A stretch of 63,001 bases of DNA, counting the filler, from Porpidia crustulata (Eukaryota), in the NCBI GenBank assembly GCA_964255105.1. It is 6 parts of 6 records of this genome, joined end to end, with 100 filler letters (N's around TTAATTAATTAA, not from the genome) between each part and the next. Parts side by side here need not be neighbours in the genome. Positions count along the whole stretch, not along the records: positions 31,600 to 42,013 come from CAXUWE010000777.1; positions 42,114 to 52,515 come from CAXUWE010000778.1; 4 more parts are not named here. The stretch is one strand, 5' to 3'. The number at the start of each line of letters is the position of its first letter. Within the stretch, counting starts at the first letter, position 1. Shown here piece after piece: positions 37,601 through 51,222 of this stretch. Below the pieces are notes generated by a model. That model had not been told where the DNA came from. It worked only from the letters and a program-made list of their open reading frames with translations, and did not search any database. A program made the position numbers and the translations under genes.

Positions 37601-38425
37601 CAGTTCCTTTACGCAGGTTGGTGACTTCATCCCATGCGTCTCGAGTACTTTGTTCCGCTTTTTCCAATTTCTGCTTGTAAAAATCCCTCTCAGTTGAAAC
37701 TCGTTTGAGTTCATCCAAAACCATATCCCCCTTGAGATTAACCTGGTTCAAGTATTCTACCAATGCGCTTGGATCGCTGATAGATGTCAGAGGCGTATTT
37801 TCCCGAAGAGAAGTCTCGAATGGTTCAATAGAAAGTACACGAGCGTGAGCAAGACGATAGGATCTTAATAATTCTAAGTACTATTAGCTTGAGGCAATAC
37901 CTGGCGATACTGGAGGCAGACCGTGGTATCTTGACTCTAACTTTTCCAGCTTTCGTAGCTTGACTCGCACATCAGCAGGTAGCTCTGCAGGTTTTACGAA
38001 GGCATCGTTCTTAGAAAGCTTTTTCGGGGTCTCCTTGGTCTCTGCTTGGAGAGGTACTCCTGCTGAAGCTCCGTCATCGGGAGCAGTCTCACTCTTCTCA
38101 GGTATTGGTCTTGGAGTCGAAGACCTGCTGGGGGTATCATCCCCACCAATGACAAAGTCGGGCTCGAATTCCGACGGGTCAGGACCCTTTGCCGACAATT
38201 CGCCATCCCTACTCTCACGTCCTTCAGATCGTATAGTTCGTCTGCTTGATGACAAGTTACGGGAGCTGGACCTCTGAGTGCGGGAATTCGATCTCGATGG
38301 AGATTCATGTAGAGTCCTTTGTCGCGCTTGCTCCTCAGCAATTCTGGAGTCGATTGCTCCTTTTAGGCGCTGTTCATTGGTTAATAAAAAAACGTTTCAA
38401 AGGCAGAAGGTCTGACCTGAAACAT
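34625..38425 (-). CDS. IMH1: GRIP-domain golgin (Imh1-like)
   Basis: Long coiled coil; C-terminal GRIP DFVYLKNVLLQFLE...LIPVLGMLLHF; MFQ first exon. Confidence 0.85.
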
Positions 38426-38716
38426 GCTGATCCGCTAGCACTTCTCTCTTACTCCACCCCAGTTAAGTACTCTCCTCGGTAGAAAATATCTACAAATATG
38501 TCTTGCTCCATATTAGTGGTAGGTAGTTCTCTACACCTTTAATTATTTGGTGCTCCGTATTCCTTATGACAGATCAGCTTTGCTAAAAGCGGGAAGTACC
38601 CGTCCTGCGGCTCTAACCGCACTAAATCGCCATAGGATGCATATAATAGTATCCTCGAAATGTCTGTGACGGGATGAGCGTATCAAGTCGACAAGAGAGC
38701 CCAGAATCCCCTTAAG

Positions 38717-40073
38717 ATGGTCTCTCTATGGCCATGGAAGGTCTGTATCCATCTTACTTTGTACTCGAGGAGAATCCACGTTTGCATGTCCCTGCGGCTG
38801 CTGATTGATTTAGGGCGATGACACATCTCCAGCTTCCTTCGAGAAGACTCTTTCCAATCTGTCAGATAAGATCACAAAGCAAAGTACGAAGCTCGACTCT
38901 CTGCGTCAGCGCTCAAGAAGATACAAAGCTCTGTGGACACTCTACACGACATTCGCGTATCTACTGTATTCAATAATTCTAGCTCTTGTTGTGGGCTGGA
39001 GAAACTGGGCCCTCGTTGAGTATGGAGCAATAGCTGGAGGACCAATTGTGTGAGTGCAAACTTTCTATCCCGAAACATTCGACGAGTCTGATATGGTTAT
39101 GTATAGAATATATGCTGTTCGGCTTGGTCTTACCACTTACTATAGCTACCGTACTTCGACGGTCCAAAGTAATTTAGATGTTCTACAAAAGCAACGAGAA
39201 GCTACGATAGATAAATTGAAGACTGCTACAAAATATAATACGACGCAAGAGCTGTTAAAGAAGTACGGTGGAACACCGACACCAAAGGGAAGGCCTCAAG
39301 GGAGTAGTACCCCAAAACCCAGCCCTAATTCAGCGGCCCTCAAGGGTGGAAGGACAGCGGGGGTGCCACCACCGACTGCTAATATCCCGGGACGAAACTT
39401 ATCAACCTCGTTTCAGAGTACCCCAGAGCGCTCAGGGGTCGCTCTGCAACGTCCGTTGGGGGGCAATTCGTCATTATCGCCAACAAGTTCGACATTACCT
39501 CGGCAACAACTGTCGACATTCTCCGATGAGTCTGCCGATTTTGCTCCCAATGCATTTTCATCCTCCCCACAATATGTTCAACCTGATCAAGGCTCAAGAT
39601 GGTATGATAGAATTATGGACGTGCTGCTAGGGGAAGATGAAATGCTCCCCAAGAATCGCTTGGCTTTGATATGCAGCCATTGCAGACTTGTCAACGGACA
39701 GGCTTCACCAGGCGTGAAGCGCTTGGAGGATGTAGGAAAGTGGCGTTGCTCAGGTTGTGGCATCATGAATGGTCAAGAAACAGATGCAGAGAAGATTGTG
39801 GCAAACATTAAAGACCAAGCTAGTTCTGGAATTGAGAAGTCAAACGTATATCTAAATAGCGGTAAAATATCGGGAGACGATGCGACAATGAGCAAAGAAG
39901 CTAATGTTAACGGCGGCCACGAAAGCGATGTTACTCAGTATTCGGAAAATTCGGAAGTCGAGTCCGGTAAAGTCGAGATTGCAGAGGAGAAGGTGCCGGA
40001 GCCTTTGGTAGAGGATGAACCGCCAAGACGTCGAGTTGGACGCCCGAAAGGCTCTGGGAAGAAGGCGAATTAG
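38717..40073 (+). CDS. LNP1: ER junction protein Lunapark
   Basis: MVSLWPWK start, two TM segments, WYDRIMDVLLGEDE, NRLALICSHC...CSGC zinc finger. Confidence 0.9.
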
Positions 40074-40534
40074 AGTATGGATTACAATGCAACATCTATG
40101 TAAAAATCGTGTGATTTATCATTCACAGGAACCAAGAGGCAAAACGCTATTACATGCTGTATTTGAAGTAAGTAAACAATCATGCTTCACTATTGCGAAC
40201 TTAGTCTCGGATTAACACTGTTACGAAAAGCAGTGCAGTTTGAATAGGAGGTGGTCTGCAGTGACTTTGAATCCATGTCGATAGAAGGAGGCATGAGTAG
40301 AGAGACAAGATCGTCAGGCTTACACAAAAATCGAATTCTTCCGTTAATACGATATATCATACGTGAAGCAACACGCATACATTAAGTTGTCAAAGTCGGG
40401 GTCACGGAGAGCACATCGAGACGCCTAGCTGAGTACGCGTAAGAGATACTTGCCGACTATCGAAGATTAGTCGTCTACAATCGAACTATCAGCCCCAGAT
40501 TATTACTTAACTCCAGGCAGGTAGCTCAGGAAGT

Positions 40535-41272
40535 CTAGAGCTTGTTATCTATCGATCGCTTGGAAGCTCTCACTGGATTGCGGCTCAGTCTGACTGATTC
40601 TTCAGTGCTTGTGCTCTCGAGTCCGCCCTTTAGAGCGCTCCTGTCCCCATGGCTTTGCCACTTCTCACGGATGATTTCTCTGCCCTTAAGGGTTTGAGAG
40701 TCTTGGTGTGGTCTGTGCCAAACGCTCGACACTCCCAAATCATCATACTGGTATCCATCTTTACTGAATTTGGGGGCTGATTCCTCACTTCCATGCTGAT
40801 AGGTTCCTGAGGCTCGCCCCGACTCCATGTCTTTGGCCTCAACCACATCGTCGAGCCACTTTGCCACTCCCAAATCTCCATGATTCTCGGGAACCTCGGA
40901 CCGGAAGGAGGCTGTCGCTGAAAACAAATCCGACGCTATTGATGCGGTTTGTTGTGCTATTTTGGAAGCTTCGCTTGCTGCCTTGGTAGCCATGACATAA
41001 CCTCCTTTAGCGACCTTGATTGTGGCATTTACAGCAGATTGCATTTGCTTAGGAGAACGAGCCACAAACTTCGTTTGGTCTCCATCCTAGACCCCCGTCA
41101 CATGTCAGATCGGGTCCGGTCATGTTGTGGGCTGATGAGAAAGATCACACCTACTTACCCATCTGGCTGTGTCGGTGTTCTCGTTCATCAAGAGAAATCC
41201 TTCATCCACATCATCCCAGCTGTCAGAGCTAGGAGGGCTTTCGCCTCTTCCAGTCTTCCTCTGCTTGTCCAT
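40535..41272 (-). CDS. Hypothetical protein, 2 exons
   Basis: MDKQRK...ARW exon spliced (GTAAGT...TAG, ~41087-41158) in frame to ORF 40535-41065. Confidence 0.55.
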
Positions 41273-42013
41273 CCTGAGCAAGGATGACCTTATTTTCGCG
41301 GAAGTTACCGCGAATAATTATAGTTGCTGCTGATGATCTTGGAGTCCTAGGATTAGAGTGTGGCATGGAGCAAGATCTGAACGGCGTTAACGCATAGGAT
41401 TTGTCGTTAAAGAGACATTGAAGATTGTGTTACTATTAGGAGGTGAGTCCGAGATATGAACCGTGTAATCCCGCTGGAAGAACGCGTGCTTGAAGAATTT
41501 AATCATGATGATTTGTGATATGGGTGAATAGGTGTGAGTGAAGTGTGATGTGTAAGGATTTATGCAGCGGATTCCACCAAGAACAGCCGCCACCACGACT
41601 CAGGAACGACTCAGCGAAGAGATGTAGCTCCAAACTTATGAATGTATCCCGGTATTCGATAGTGGCGAACACAATATGCTATCGATTGACTCAAGCGATT
41701 CCAAATCATCGGGTTCCCGCAGCGTTGGTTGCCAAGGAATACAGCTTGACTCTTTCCCATATTCTTGTCACCAACTTCTTTTTGATTATGGGATATTCTT
41801 CGTTCAGTCATCGATATCATGGCCGCGCCAACATTCACCGCTATCCACTCCAGTAGCCTTTCCATAAATACATTCTGGGACAGAGTTTCTCTTCCGTAAT
41901 CTTCAGAAAAGTCCACCATTCACCCCTAGATCGAGAAAAGGGGGAAAGACATATAAAGCCAGTGACAGTGACCCGAACCCGTGACTCCTCCCCTTCCCTA
42001 CCCCCGACCACCG

Positions 42014-42113
42014 NNNNNNNNNNNNNNNNNNNNNNNNNNNNNNNNNNNNNNNNNNNNTTAATTAATTAANNNNNNNNNNNNNNNNNNNNNNNNNNNNNNN
42101 NNNNNNNNNNNNN
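42014..42113. other. Artificial contig spacer
   Basis: N44-TTAATTAATTAA-N44. Confidence 0.99.
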
Positions 42114-42825
42114 CCCCAAGCCCATCGACCTCCCTTATCCTTCCCCCATCACCGACACTATCCAACTTCCTCACAGACCTCTCTAACACTCTCTCCCTGA
42201 CGCCTCTTATCGGCTTCCCTCAATACCCTCCTCTCCTCTCCAAGTCCCTACCCTCACGCGGACATCCCCAACCACCGCGCACGCTCGCGCACGACAAGCG
42301 CACTAACGATGCGTTACATACCAAATATATGAGAGGCGTTTCTGTCAATGCAAAGACTTTCACCTTCACCACTTACTACCCGTACCCTCGGACAATTACG
42401 CATGCCCCTTGCATAGCCAACGTAATGGCGCATCAATGCACGACAGACATCCAGCCTAGCAACAGAGTCAGGTAACACAAAAACCGCCGCACGTGACTCC
42501 TGGGCCCCTTTTCAGTCCTTGTACTTATGAAACCCGTACATGCATCTACCTCGACCGGCGCCCCTTGCAGAATGAACTGTGTGAGGGCCATATGGGTTGC
42601 ATTTTTATGCAGGGGATGAATCGTGGGAAAAGTCGCGTGACAAGTCAAAAGGGCCAAAACCTCGCCAGAAGATGGCTGGTTGCACATTAGGAGGAATGAA
42701 TGAATGGAAAGAAAGTGTCCCATCACGTTTCTAATTCTGCAAAGTCATACCCGTAAATACCAAAACTCGTCAAGGGTGCCAATTGCATCTATATGAAACA
42801 CCGTGCTTTCCCTGAAGGGTATCAA

Positions 42826-43690
42826 TCAAATTTGATCTGCAACGCCAGTCAGCAGGGATTCTTGACATTGGGAGATCTGGAAATCTGGAAGGGCCATACC
42901 CAGAGTCATGCTCATCGAAACGTCGGTGTTCTCCACCATTTTCGTAAACTCCTCGAAACTGATTTTCCCGTCCCGATCTGTGTCTGCTTCCATCATCGTC
43001 TTGTCGACAATCTACAAAATTGCTGAATCAGCAGACATACTTCATTTGAAGCCCCACACTGTAACCATTCTCCTCTGAGCCACGGCTTCCTACCACAAAC
43101 GTACCTGCTGTAACTGCATATCCTTCAAGTTGCTACCCACCATCATCTTCAGCACAATGAATAGCTCCCCGTTACTTATGTACCCATCGCGATCGATATC
43201 GTAGACCTTGAACGCGAATCGCAGTTTCTCTTCCTTATTGCCTTTGGAGCTAAAAGCGCTGAGCCCCGACACAAATTCCTGGAAATCGACATCGCCTCCA
43301 CCGTCTTCGTCGAATATGGCAATCATACTGTGTGTCGATGGTCAGTAAGGATGGGCTGAGGCGCAAGAGCGAAGGAATGCAAGTACCGAGTAGCCAAGGG
43401 GTTGGAACTGACTTGAGGTAGGGAAAGGAATTCCTCGCGCTCGATGGTTCCTGAATTATCCTGTGGATATGAGTCAGCTTCTTCGGTACCAGGTCTTGGA
43501 AGAATCATCTTTGGAGTCATATCTACCTTGTCGAGCTTCATAAACCTCTTTCGCAATCGGTCTACCTCATCCCGGTCGACTGTTGTGCGCCACGGTCAGC
43601 GCCACGAGGAATCAATCACTATTCAATCACTTCGGCCTCACAGTTGGATCCTTCTACGATATTCTCGAGCATGGTTCCACTTGAGGCCAT
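42826..43690 (-). CDS. CNB1: Calcineurin B regulatory subunit (possible upstream GUG start at 43735)
   Basis: [40 protein letters not shown] and fourth EF hand; multiple GT-AG introns. Confidence 0.95.
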
Positions 43691-44249
43691 CCTCTTGCGC
43701 GCATCGTAGAGCGCTGCTTGGTTTGCGGACGCCACTTTTGCAATTTGCCCTTTCTGTACGATTCGGACAGGGGACTGCGCAAAGTTCGCTGTTCACGTGG
43801 GGTAATTGATCAAGTGCTCGAAGATTGTAACGCGGTTTCTCCAATAGATTGTGGGTTGATCGTGGGAACTACTGTTGGAATTGTGACGTGGTGGGGGGTT
43901 GATGTAGTGATGGGTAGTTGCAATTAGCAGTGAACGAGGTCAAGATTGATAGAAGGTGCACCCTACGGTCTACGGTCTCCCGTTTACGGAGTGCGAATGA
44001 AGCCAAGATAGCCATGGATTCACGCTTGGCCGGATTGGGTGGACTATTACGACCCAATAACACGCTCATCCAAGAAACACCGAGGGGTAAAAGTCAACGA
44101 CATCCAAAAGTCGAATATCACAAAATCGTCCAAATCAGCCCCAAATACCACCTTTTCATCGGTTTTTTTATCGTAGAATGATCTCTCATCTTTTGCGCTT
44201 TTGATCATGTCAAATTTGGAATTTATCATCACGCAAACTTGTCGCTCTA

Positions 44250-46147
44250 ATGACACGATCAGCCGCCAACCCATCGGCAAGATTTCGACAACGGAAACTC
44301 AGCACTCGACAAACGTTACAGATCCTCCGAGAAGACCAAGTAGAACAAGATGACGATATCACACAGCGCAATGTTCCAAAGGTCGAAACCGGTGTTGAAA
44401 AGGGCGAAGAGATCGTGAGTTGTGCCCTGTTGATTTTTTCGGATATGCTTTGCGACCGTACGAGCCTGTGTCGCGTCCGTAAGATTGATGTTTTTTCGCC
44501 TCTAGGAACACCATCTCCAAGCCGCTTTGTCAGCTTCACAGGCCGCTGCTGTTGGCGGTAAAGTCGCACAAATCTACATCCCCACCCCAGACACGATACA
44601 GAGCTCCATACAATATGAGCGGCTCTACCCTCTTACCTTTCCTCAACCAGCGACGTATATCCGATTTTCTTCCACCGTAGAGGACTGTTGTGGCTGTCCT
44701 TATGACCTTGATGATGAGGATGCTGCCTTTTTAAAGCCAATGAACAAGAAGAGAAATGCATCAACGCAATGCTCCGAAGATCAATTCGAAGAAGCCATGT
44801 ACTTCTTCGAGGAGACGGCGCAAACTAAGCAACCATACGCCGCCGTAGACAATCCCCCTGTACTTGCATACGATGAGATGGAATCCGCTTTCGATGAAGA
44901 CCTTGATGATCATGCAAGACCATTTGCAGAAGAAATTTATCAGCACTGGAAAAAGCGAAGGTTACAAAACGATAACAGATCCCTGCTGACCAGTCTCAAG
45001 GTAAGAACTGAATTTCTTCTTCCCTTTCGCCGTTGCTGATCGTCACACAGTTCGAGACTGGGGTCGACACAGATGATGCCGATCCCTATGTCTGCTTCCG
45101 AAGACGAGAAGTTCGACAGATCCGTAAAACACGGGGCAGGGATGCTCACAGCGCGGAGAAGTTGAAGAAGCTCAGAAAGGAGCTCGAGGAATCAAGACAG
45201 ATCATGGCACTGATCAGGCAGAGAGAAATTACCAAACGAGAGCAACTTGTAATAGAAAGACAACTCTTCGAACAGCGAGCCAGTCTTCGGCAAGTGAAAC
45301 AAAATCTTCCAGAGCAGTACAGAGATGGGGACGAAGACATCTTGATCAACCAAAAGGTAATACGAGTCGATAAGTCTTTCGTGGCAATTGGTCGGAAACT
45401 GACAATGCACAGCCTCAAAAGAAAAAGCCGCTCGAACTTACCTCTCAGCGCAACTCTGGGAATCAGCTTAGATTCCCGCCGAGGATCGATGGCAGACCTG
45501 CAGAAGCAGACTTGGTCTTACTGCAGGACCTGTTAGCTGATCAGGAGAATTACCTGCAACAGGAAATTGAATCGAAAATCGCACAACATAAGAAATGGAA
45601 CGAGGGCTATGTGGACTCAACCAAAGCACCGTTAACGCCTCCATTAGAGGTCAACATGCGCTCGAGTTATCTCAATGCCAAGATAGATGTTCCCTTACCT
45701 ACCCCACCAGCATCCATATCTTCAGAACACATGGCTGACCTGCCGGCCGAGTACAACTCACCAAGTCGCGGTAATGATGAGTCCATCACAGTCCGTTATG
45801 AGTCTCCTTCCTATGTTGAGCCGGGCCAGAATCAACCCTCGTTTCGGCGCAGAATCGGGCGAGGAGGACGTCTGATGATCGATCGTAGAGGAATGCGCTT
45901 ACAATCGACGGAAGGCCTGGACGATCTCGTTGTAGATCGATACAGGTTTGACCAAGATGAGGACGAGGACGAAGTACCAACATATCTGGTCGATCCATAT
46001 GACATTCCTAGCATGCGATACCGAGCGCACGTCCATGCTCAATCGCAAGCTTCGAAGCGTGCAGGACAGGCGCAGCTTGAAGGTGGCGTCTCAAACCCTC
46101 AGCGAGGTGGTTCTGGGAGTGTTTCACGTCAACCTGGTTCTGACTGA
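44250..46147 (+). CDS. EPL1: Enhancer of polycomb-like NuA4 subunit
   Basis: RFRQRKLS, ETGVEKGEE, YIRFSSTVEDC, DPYVCFRRRE, RRRIGRGGRLMIDRR. Confidence 0.93.
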
Positions 46148-46504
46148 ATACTTCGGTTCTTTCTTTTAATATTGCCCGTTCAGCGCAGGAATGAGATCAT
46201 ACGATAGGAATGCTTCCTCAAACCACATGTGGGCATGATAGGCTCTCTAACCGTAGTCGGACATGCGACTGTGCTCGCTGCAAGCGGATGGCCCGGATTA
46301 GATTTCATCCATACTAGCGGAGGGCTAGGGCAGCCTCTTAAAACCACGTTATTTTAAGTGGTACTTGTATGATAGTGTACGTTGGTTATCATGGCGAAGC
46401 CCCTTACGAGGAGGTTTCTTCGGGAGCCAAAAGATAACATAAGGTGTTATTGGGGTCTTCTGATAATGTAGCTCTGGACGAACGGGGTTTCGTGTACACG
46501 TGCC

Positions 46505-48060
46505 CTAGAATTTTCTCCTCTTGTTCCGGAAGCCATCTGCATTTCGATCATGGACTTTTTGCAATGGTGCTTCCAGAGTAAGGGTGCGTATCTTTGTCTC
46601 AATGGTATCCAATGCCCAAGCCAAAATTTCCTTGTCACCGAGGCGGACCTCAGTTGCCATTCTATGTCGTATTTCTGGTACACCATTCTGTAGTAGAACG
46701 CCGTCTTCGTTTATACTGGTGCGGTAATCACCACGCCGCGTCATGATTGCTTTTTGGAGGACTACAGCCGTATCCAAGGTGAATTGTGGTGATGGTGGCT
46801 CCACTCTCTCAGCTGCAATTGCCATCGTCAATGTTTCGGTATCCATCGTAAGGATATTGACCATAAGTAAAAGTGCTTGATCAAACTCAAATGCCATGCC
46901 GCGTGGTGGACGTTGCATATCATAACCATTATCAAAAACATCCCAATTTTCCGCAAGTTGGAACTGGTCGGATTTAGCGTTGTCTCACTTCAAATAAAGG
47001 CACAGACTCACTCTTGCTTTTTTCTGGCTTTCGTGAAAGCTCATATGCGAATCAGCAATGGATACAATGGTTTCAATATCAAGCTCTACAACGTCCCACT
47101 TCTTGTAGTTGTCCGTTATATAGCCATATCTTCGAAGCAGGTCAGATCTTGGCAGTTGGCCATAGTCATTGAATATCTCCTGTCCTGCTTTGATTGGCTT
47201 AAGTGCAACCATCGTCATTCTCTTTTCGTCTTGCACCAAATGAGCCTAATTTGATCAGTACGTTAATGAGAATATTAGCTAGATCTCACGTTGTTCCTGT
47301 CACCATCTGCATTAAGTAAATCTGCCAATGGTACCATCGCTTTAAGAAGGCTGGGAATCTCTGAGGAATCTTCCTGCCAGTCTTCATCTACCATCTCTGG
47401 TTCGAAGTCAAAGGCGTATGCCATGATCAACGTTGCCATCCGATGAGCAATTTTAAGGAACTGTGTCTCGGAATCTGCGCCAGCGAGTATCACAGCGTAG
47501 TCACCAAATAGAATGTCTTGGCTTTGGACAATAGGTAGTAGCTGTTCAATAAACGATGAGTCCGCCTCTTCTTTACCGATTTTCTTTACCACAGCGCTGC
47601 CTTGCAACTCGTTCAACTCAGAGGGAGACCACTGCATAAGAGTATCGAAATCGTCGGGAAGGATGCTAAGGTATGGCCACCACCTAGATTCTTCTCGTTT
47701 GCCTACCTCAAACATCATGACTAGGATCAAAGACATCCATGGGTCGAGTTTCTCAAAGGCCTCTGGCAAACGCGTTCGGAGGCTCGAATTTTCGACGCTT
47801 AGGATATCCGATAGACCTACCGAGAATAGCTCTTCGTCCTCGTCGATATTATGCGCAGCCTCTGGAACGCATTAGTATACTCGACTATGACATCAGAGTA
47901 GAATGCTCAGGTCTATACCAATGCCTCTGCCAGCCCCGTATTGTCTTTTGTCAGCCACCCTGATCTTAGAGCTAATGCTGGCTCCTGGTCGATGCCTCAG
48001 CCAGTCCATAAAGTCTTCCGACTTTTGCTGAAAGTCATCACTTTGCGCGCGAGTTGTCAT
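46505..48060 (-). CDS. SET-domain lysine methyltransferase (Rkm4/SETD6-like)
   Basis: GAGRGI, IMAYAFD, MVPLADLLNAD, GQEIFNDYGQLPRSDLLRRYGY. Confidence 0.88.
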
Positions 48061-48255
48061 GTTGAGGCGCGGTAAAGTAGAGGAAGATGTGACGGACAGG
48101 AAAACTAGATGGTTGGTAGAAGTGATCATGATTGTGCGGCAATTCAAAGCGATCAGGGTCCGAGCTTCTCCAACCCCACCTAAGTCCGAGTACCGACCCA
48201 CGCCGACTACGATAATGACAGCGCCAAAGAGCGCCTAACTTTGATATCAGACGTT

Positions 48256-49308
48256 ATGATTGCCCTAGGCCTTGAAGGCTCAGCAAACAAGCTGGGCGTT
48301 GGTATTATCTCACATCCTCCCGACGGTGGCCCAGCCCAAATTCTCGCCAATATTCGTCACACATTCGTCTCCCCGCCTGGAGAAGGCTTTCTCCCCAAAG
48401 ACACCGCGAAGCACCACCGATCATGGCTCGTCAGGCTCGTAGGGCAAGCTTTCAAAGAAGCTGGTATGACGGTGGATGATGTTGATTGCATATGCTACAC
48501 CAAAGGCCCCGGCATGGGTGCTCCGCTGCAAAGTGTCGCTGTCGCGGCCCGTATGCTAAGCTTGCTGTGGGGCAAAGAGCTCGTGGGAGTAAATCATTGC
48601 GTCGGCCACATTGAGATGGGACGGGAAATCACTGGCGCGCAGAATCCCGTCGTTCTCTACGTGTCTGGCGGTAATACCCAAGTTATCGCATATGCCTCCC
48701 AACGATATCGAATCTTTGGAGAAGCACTCGACATTGCCGTTGGAAACTGCCTTGACAGGTTTGCCCGAACGCTGAATATCTCCAATGACCCTGCGCCTGG
48801 CTACAATATCGAACAAATGGCAAAGCATGGTAGACATCTTTTAGATCTGCCGTATGCCGTCAAGGGGATGGACTGTAGCTTTTCTGGTATCCTGGCCTTC
48901 ATAGACATCTTGGCTGAAAAGCAGGAAAGCAACACTAGAAAATGGACCGATGAGGTCACTGGGGAAGTAGTCACTAGAGAAGATCTGTGCTTTAGCTTGC
49001 AGGAAACTGTTTTCGCGATGCTGGTGGAGATTACGGAAAGGGCAATGGCATATGTAGGCTCCAATCAGGTATTAATAGTCGGTGGTGTTGGATGCAACGA
49101 GCGTCTGCAAGAAATGATGGGAATCATGGCAAGAGATCGAGGTGGCAGCGTGTTTGCAACCGATGAACGATTCTGCATAGATAATGGGATCATGATCGCC
49201 CACGCTGGACTGCTGGCTTATAAGACGGGCTTCACAACTTCCTTGGAGGATAGCACGTGCACGCAAAGGTTTAGGACTGATGAGGTATTTGTCAAATGGA
49301 GACACTAA
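48256..49308 (+). CDS. KAE1: tRNA t6A threonylcarbamoyltransferase (KEOPS)
   Basis: [47 protein letters not shown]. Confidence 0.97.
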   Translation: MIALGLEGSANKLGVGIISHPPDGGPAQILANIRHTFVSPPGEGFLPKDTAKHHRSWLVRLVGQAFKEAGMTVDDVDCICYTKGPGMGAPLQSVAVAARMLSLLWGKELVGVNHCVGHIEMGREITGAQNPVVLYVSGGNTQVIAYASQRYRIFGEALDIAVGNCLDRFARTLNISNDPAPGYNIEQMAKHGRHLLDLPYAVKGMDCSFSGILAFIDILAEKQESNTRKWTDEVTGEVVTREDLCFSLQETVFAMLVEITERAMAYVGSNQVLIVGGVGCNERLQEMMGIMARDRGGSVFATDERFCIDNGIMIAHAGLLAYKTGFTTSLEDSTCTQRFRTDEVFVKWRH

Positions 49309-49601
49309 ATAATTGCTGAAGATGCGAAGCGCACGGTGCTATGGCCTCCAAGACCTTCGAGATGTATATTATGATGCCGCACTAGCGATCTTGCCAGTCT
49401 ACCCTTGAGAATGGCTTTCCAACGACCATGCGTAAACCAGACGTGGAAGTCTTTGGTGGAAATAAATAGGCCTTTGGAATGATATGCAAGAAATGCATGG
49501 AATATACGAGCCCGCCGTAATGGTATGGGATCTTTCTCCTCAACTCCGTCGCTGTAGGAAGACGATTTCAAGATACGTTAGAGAGACATATAGTAGACCG
49601 T

Positions 49602-51222
49602 TCAATCGGTTCCGTCAGTTGTTGGCTTGTGCATGATGGTGGTGACATACTACTCGCGGGTTAAGTCAGTGAGAAGTAGAGCCGTACAAAGAACTTACCT
49701 TTCGTTTGTAGCGAGTGGTCACACTGGTGGCAAGGACCTGGTTTTTGATGCTACTGGTGGCCAAATGATTGAGCACTGTATGATTAGGCATATTCAACAC
49801 ACTGCTATCGTCCTTCATGGGAGTCGATCCATTAAGTATTGACTTTCCAAGGAAGAGCGGTAGACTTGGCGGTGTGGCAAATTCAGAACAGCCTCTCAAA
49901 GAGCGCTGATGACGTTTGTTGTGCTCGGACAGATCGAGGTTGCGGATGTATTTGGGGATATCACCACCCCAGAAGACGGGCTCGGAAGCTTCGGTAGGCT
50001 GAGTCTTTCCGGTGGAATTTGGATCATGATCCTTGGCTTCGGTGCCCTCAGATAGCAGTAAAGGCGGATGGATTATGGGTTCAGGCTTTGTATCCTTTGG
50101 CAAATCGTCGGCGCTGACTTCGATATAATTGACCAGTATGTTTGTGTAGTCGACCGCAGTCGGGAGCTCATTCGAGAGCTGCATTTCACCATCAACAATA
50201 AATTTAACATGGTGAGTTCCGGGAGGAAGCTGGAGGATTGTTGACAGTATATTCGTTTCAGGGCTATGGTAAAAGCGCGATTAGTATACCTGTGACGCCC
50301 TTGAGCCGGATGATCAGATGCCCCGGGGTACCAATGCACATGAGACATGAACAAGGTTATGATAATGCACGTTTAGCAGCCTTGTACACGGAAAGACGCA
50401 TCTTGCGGGGTTCGCGAATGCAGTGACAAAACCAAGCGTGTTCGATAAACAAAGACGCTTGACGTGATATACGAGAAGCTAAACTTACTCCCGAGTCATT
50501 CGGAATTTCCTACTCCATGAAGTGAAAGTTCCCGTCACGTAAATTTTATCGCCCCCTTGTTTCCACTGCACTAGGGTAGGCACAGTACCCTGTGACCCAT
50601 CGAAAGGATATGGCTGGAGCTCATCTCCAAGCTCGTCGTCGTCAATTGTGGTATTACTGACAACGGAGGCTTGACGAGGCAAGGCACCCTCAACGTCGTC
50701 ATAGTGCAAGGCCGAAGAGAGGTCTGCGGGAGTGATGATAGGGGAGCCAGGGGTGTGAATCTCCTCCTCAATTGGTAAAGGTAGACGTGGTGGGAAGTTA
50801 AGATTCGAATGGGGGATGTAATTAGGATCTCGGGGTGGGCCAGATGGCTCGAATTGGGAGTCAGGACCTCTCTGTCGCCGGGATTCCGCACCACGAGGTA
50901 CTTTGACCGGCGTCGACTGTTCCTTCTTTTTCTTCGACTCAGACTCATGTACCTTGTCCTTCCATTTTTGACGCGATTGCTCATTGCCCATCTTGTCGGC
51001 TTGGCTGTGCAGCTGTATAGGTGATGAATTGGCGGAGAGCGAGTGATGTTGGAGATGTGCCGGTGGATGCGACGAGTGCTGTACGGAGGCACTTCTGGAA
51101 GCGGTATGAGCCGTGGAATTCTTCGGCTCTTTCCGTGAATGGTTTGTTGAGGAGCTCGATGAATGACTGACGACGGGAGACACAGGCTTCACGCCATCTG
51201 GTTTGGATGGATTCGCTCCCAT
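49602..51222 (-). CDS. SNF1/AMPK beta subunit (Gal83/Sip2-like)
   Basis: CBM48 (YVTGTF, LKFIVDG) and ASC domain PNHTVLNHLATSSIK...RYKRKYVTT. Confidence 0.92.
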
